From: Lepidodermella squamata
Lineage: Eukaryota; Animalia; Gastrotricha
Length of the DNA stretch: 64,000 nucleotides
Reading direction: 5' to 3'
Assembly (NCBI GenBank): GCA_047495785.1
Contig: JBLDXI010000028.1
Coordinates: forward strand, 744,001-808,000
Part shown: positions 62,981 through 64,000 of the stretch, piece by piece
Numbering within the stretch: the stretch's first letter is position 1
How the letters are laid out: each line of letters starts with the position of its first letter
Translations under genes and position numbers: made by a program
The notes under the pieces: generated by a model
The model's database searches: none
Told to the model about the DNA's origin: nothing
Seen by the model: the letters and a program-made list of their open reading frames with translations, nothing else

Positions 62981-64000
62981 GCTGCCTGTTTCATTTGAAA
63001 TTTTTTCGAAGACTTCCCCCATCAACGACTCCTGGCGTAGCTGCAGATTTGAGGTGATTGAGATTTGAGATTTGAGAGATTTGAGGTGATTGGTGGACAC
63101 CTGTTCCATATTTGCAATAACTTGAACAAGGCTTTTGGTGTTGTTAACACCCTCCGCTTGAAGTAGATTGAAGATGAAAACATCAAAGCAAAACATTTCG
63201 TCAGCAACTAACCGTCAGATTGGGACAAATAGGAAGATGTGTAATAGGTACCCGGTTGCATGTCTATAACTTCACTGGCATCTGGTAGATCGAAAACGGC
63301 AGAAATGCTCAAGATTTATCTTATTATCGTTGCTCTATCGCCGACATCTAACAATGGAGTAGCTGCGGATGAAATAACTCGTAAAAAGCGAGGGCATCGC
63401 AGAATGTACCTGTTTTATCAGTTTTTGACATGGTCCGCAAAAATAACACCTGCCGACGTTGCTTAGGCATTCACGAACAGTTTTGCTAGTTGTTTCAGAG
63501 TTCCGACCGCATAATGAATGCTGCTATTGGTCAATTCCACTCAAAGAGATGTTGTCGGCTGGGGTCCTTTCAATTAGAAACAGTTGGAACCAATTAGTCC
63601 AGGGAGTATCGGTGACAGAATTTAGTAGTGCTTCAAAATGTGTGGGCCATTCAGACTGATGCTTCTTTCTGGCGAGTTCCGAGATCCGAGGAACCCGGAA
63701 CTAATTCCTGTTCCTTAATATGGCCGCAACGAATAGCATTATGCCTAACGATAACAGCCCTTCGACCTTCTACATGTTTAATCGCGAAAGAAAAGTAAGC
63801 ATTGCAGCCCCATTGAAGCCGAGGCACCTTTGAAGTTACGTCGTTGTCGTGACAGCAACAGCTAATCAGTTTCCAATAAAATCGCAAACAATTAGTTCGA
63901 TAATTATTCTGGGTCAATGTTACAACTTTCTGCGGGGCTGATAGCAGGGCAAGCATTCATATTTAATATTTATATTAAGCCAAAATAATTGGAAGGAGCG

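Noticed and set aside
1-64000. CRISPR arrays, rRNA/tRNA genes, prokaryotic defence systems, non-canonical splice sites
   Set aside because: None seen; every intron reconstructed is GT-AG and the gene content is metazoan. Small ncRNAs could be missed without covariance-model searches.

Overview
Eukaryotic (invertebrate metazoan) genomic DNA with GT-AG introns, many only about 50-60 nt long; the species cannot be fixed from sequence alone. Gene order: Med12 (- strand, runs off the left edge); METTL25, POLG2, PHF20-like, DAPK-family kinase and a Nudix/EF-hand-like PPP phosphatase (all +); a tyrosine-kinase relic, a secreted PAN/C-type-lectin/kringle mosaic protein, a small intronless orphan and a complete Sidekick (all -); CREBL2 and EZH2 (+, runs off the right edge). 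Introns hold decayed MULE, Ulp1-protease, hAT and Ty1/copia remnants, and there are three small inverted-repeat elements. Best leads: (1) operon-like packing with unpaired splice acceptors just before start codons, suggesting SL trans-splicing (METTL25-POLG2 gap 45 nt); (2) a perfect 12-bp hairpin pairing the Med12 acceptor with its AUG; (3) a fold-back element with 49-bp perfect inverted repeats around TTAGGG repeats in the Med12/METTL25 divergent promoter region; (4) PATC-like 10-bp periodic A/T tracts in some introns; (5) a PPP phosphatase missing a metal-ligand His; (6) an orphan resembling a patchily distributed fungal-type family. Exon coordinates were read by hand and homologies come from motif recognition, not database searches.
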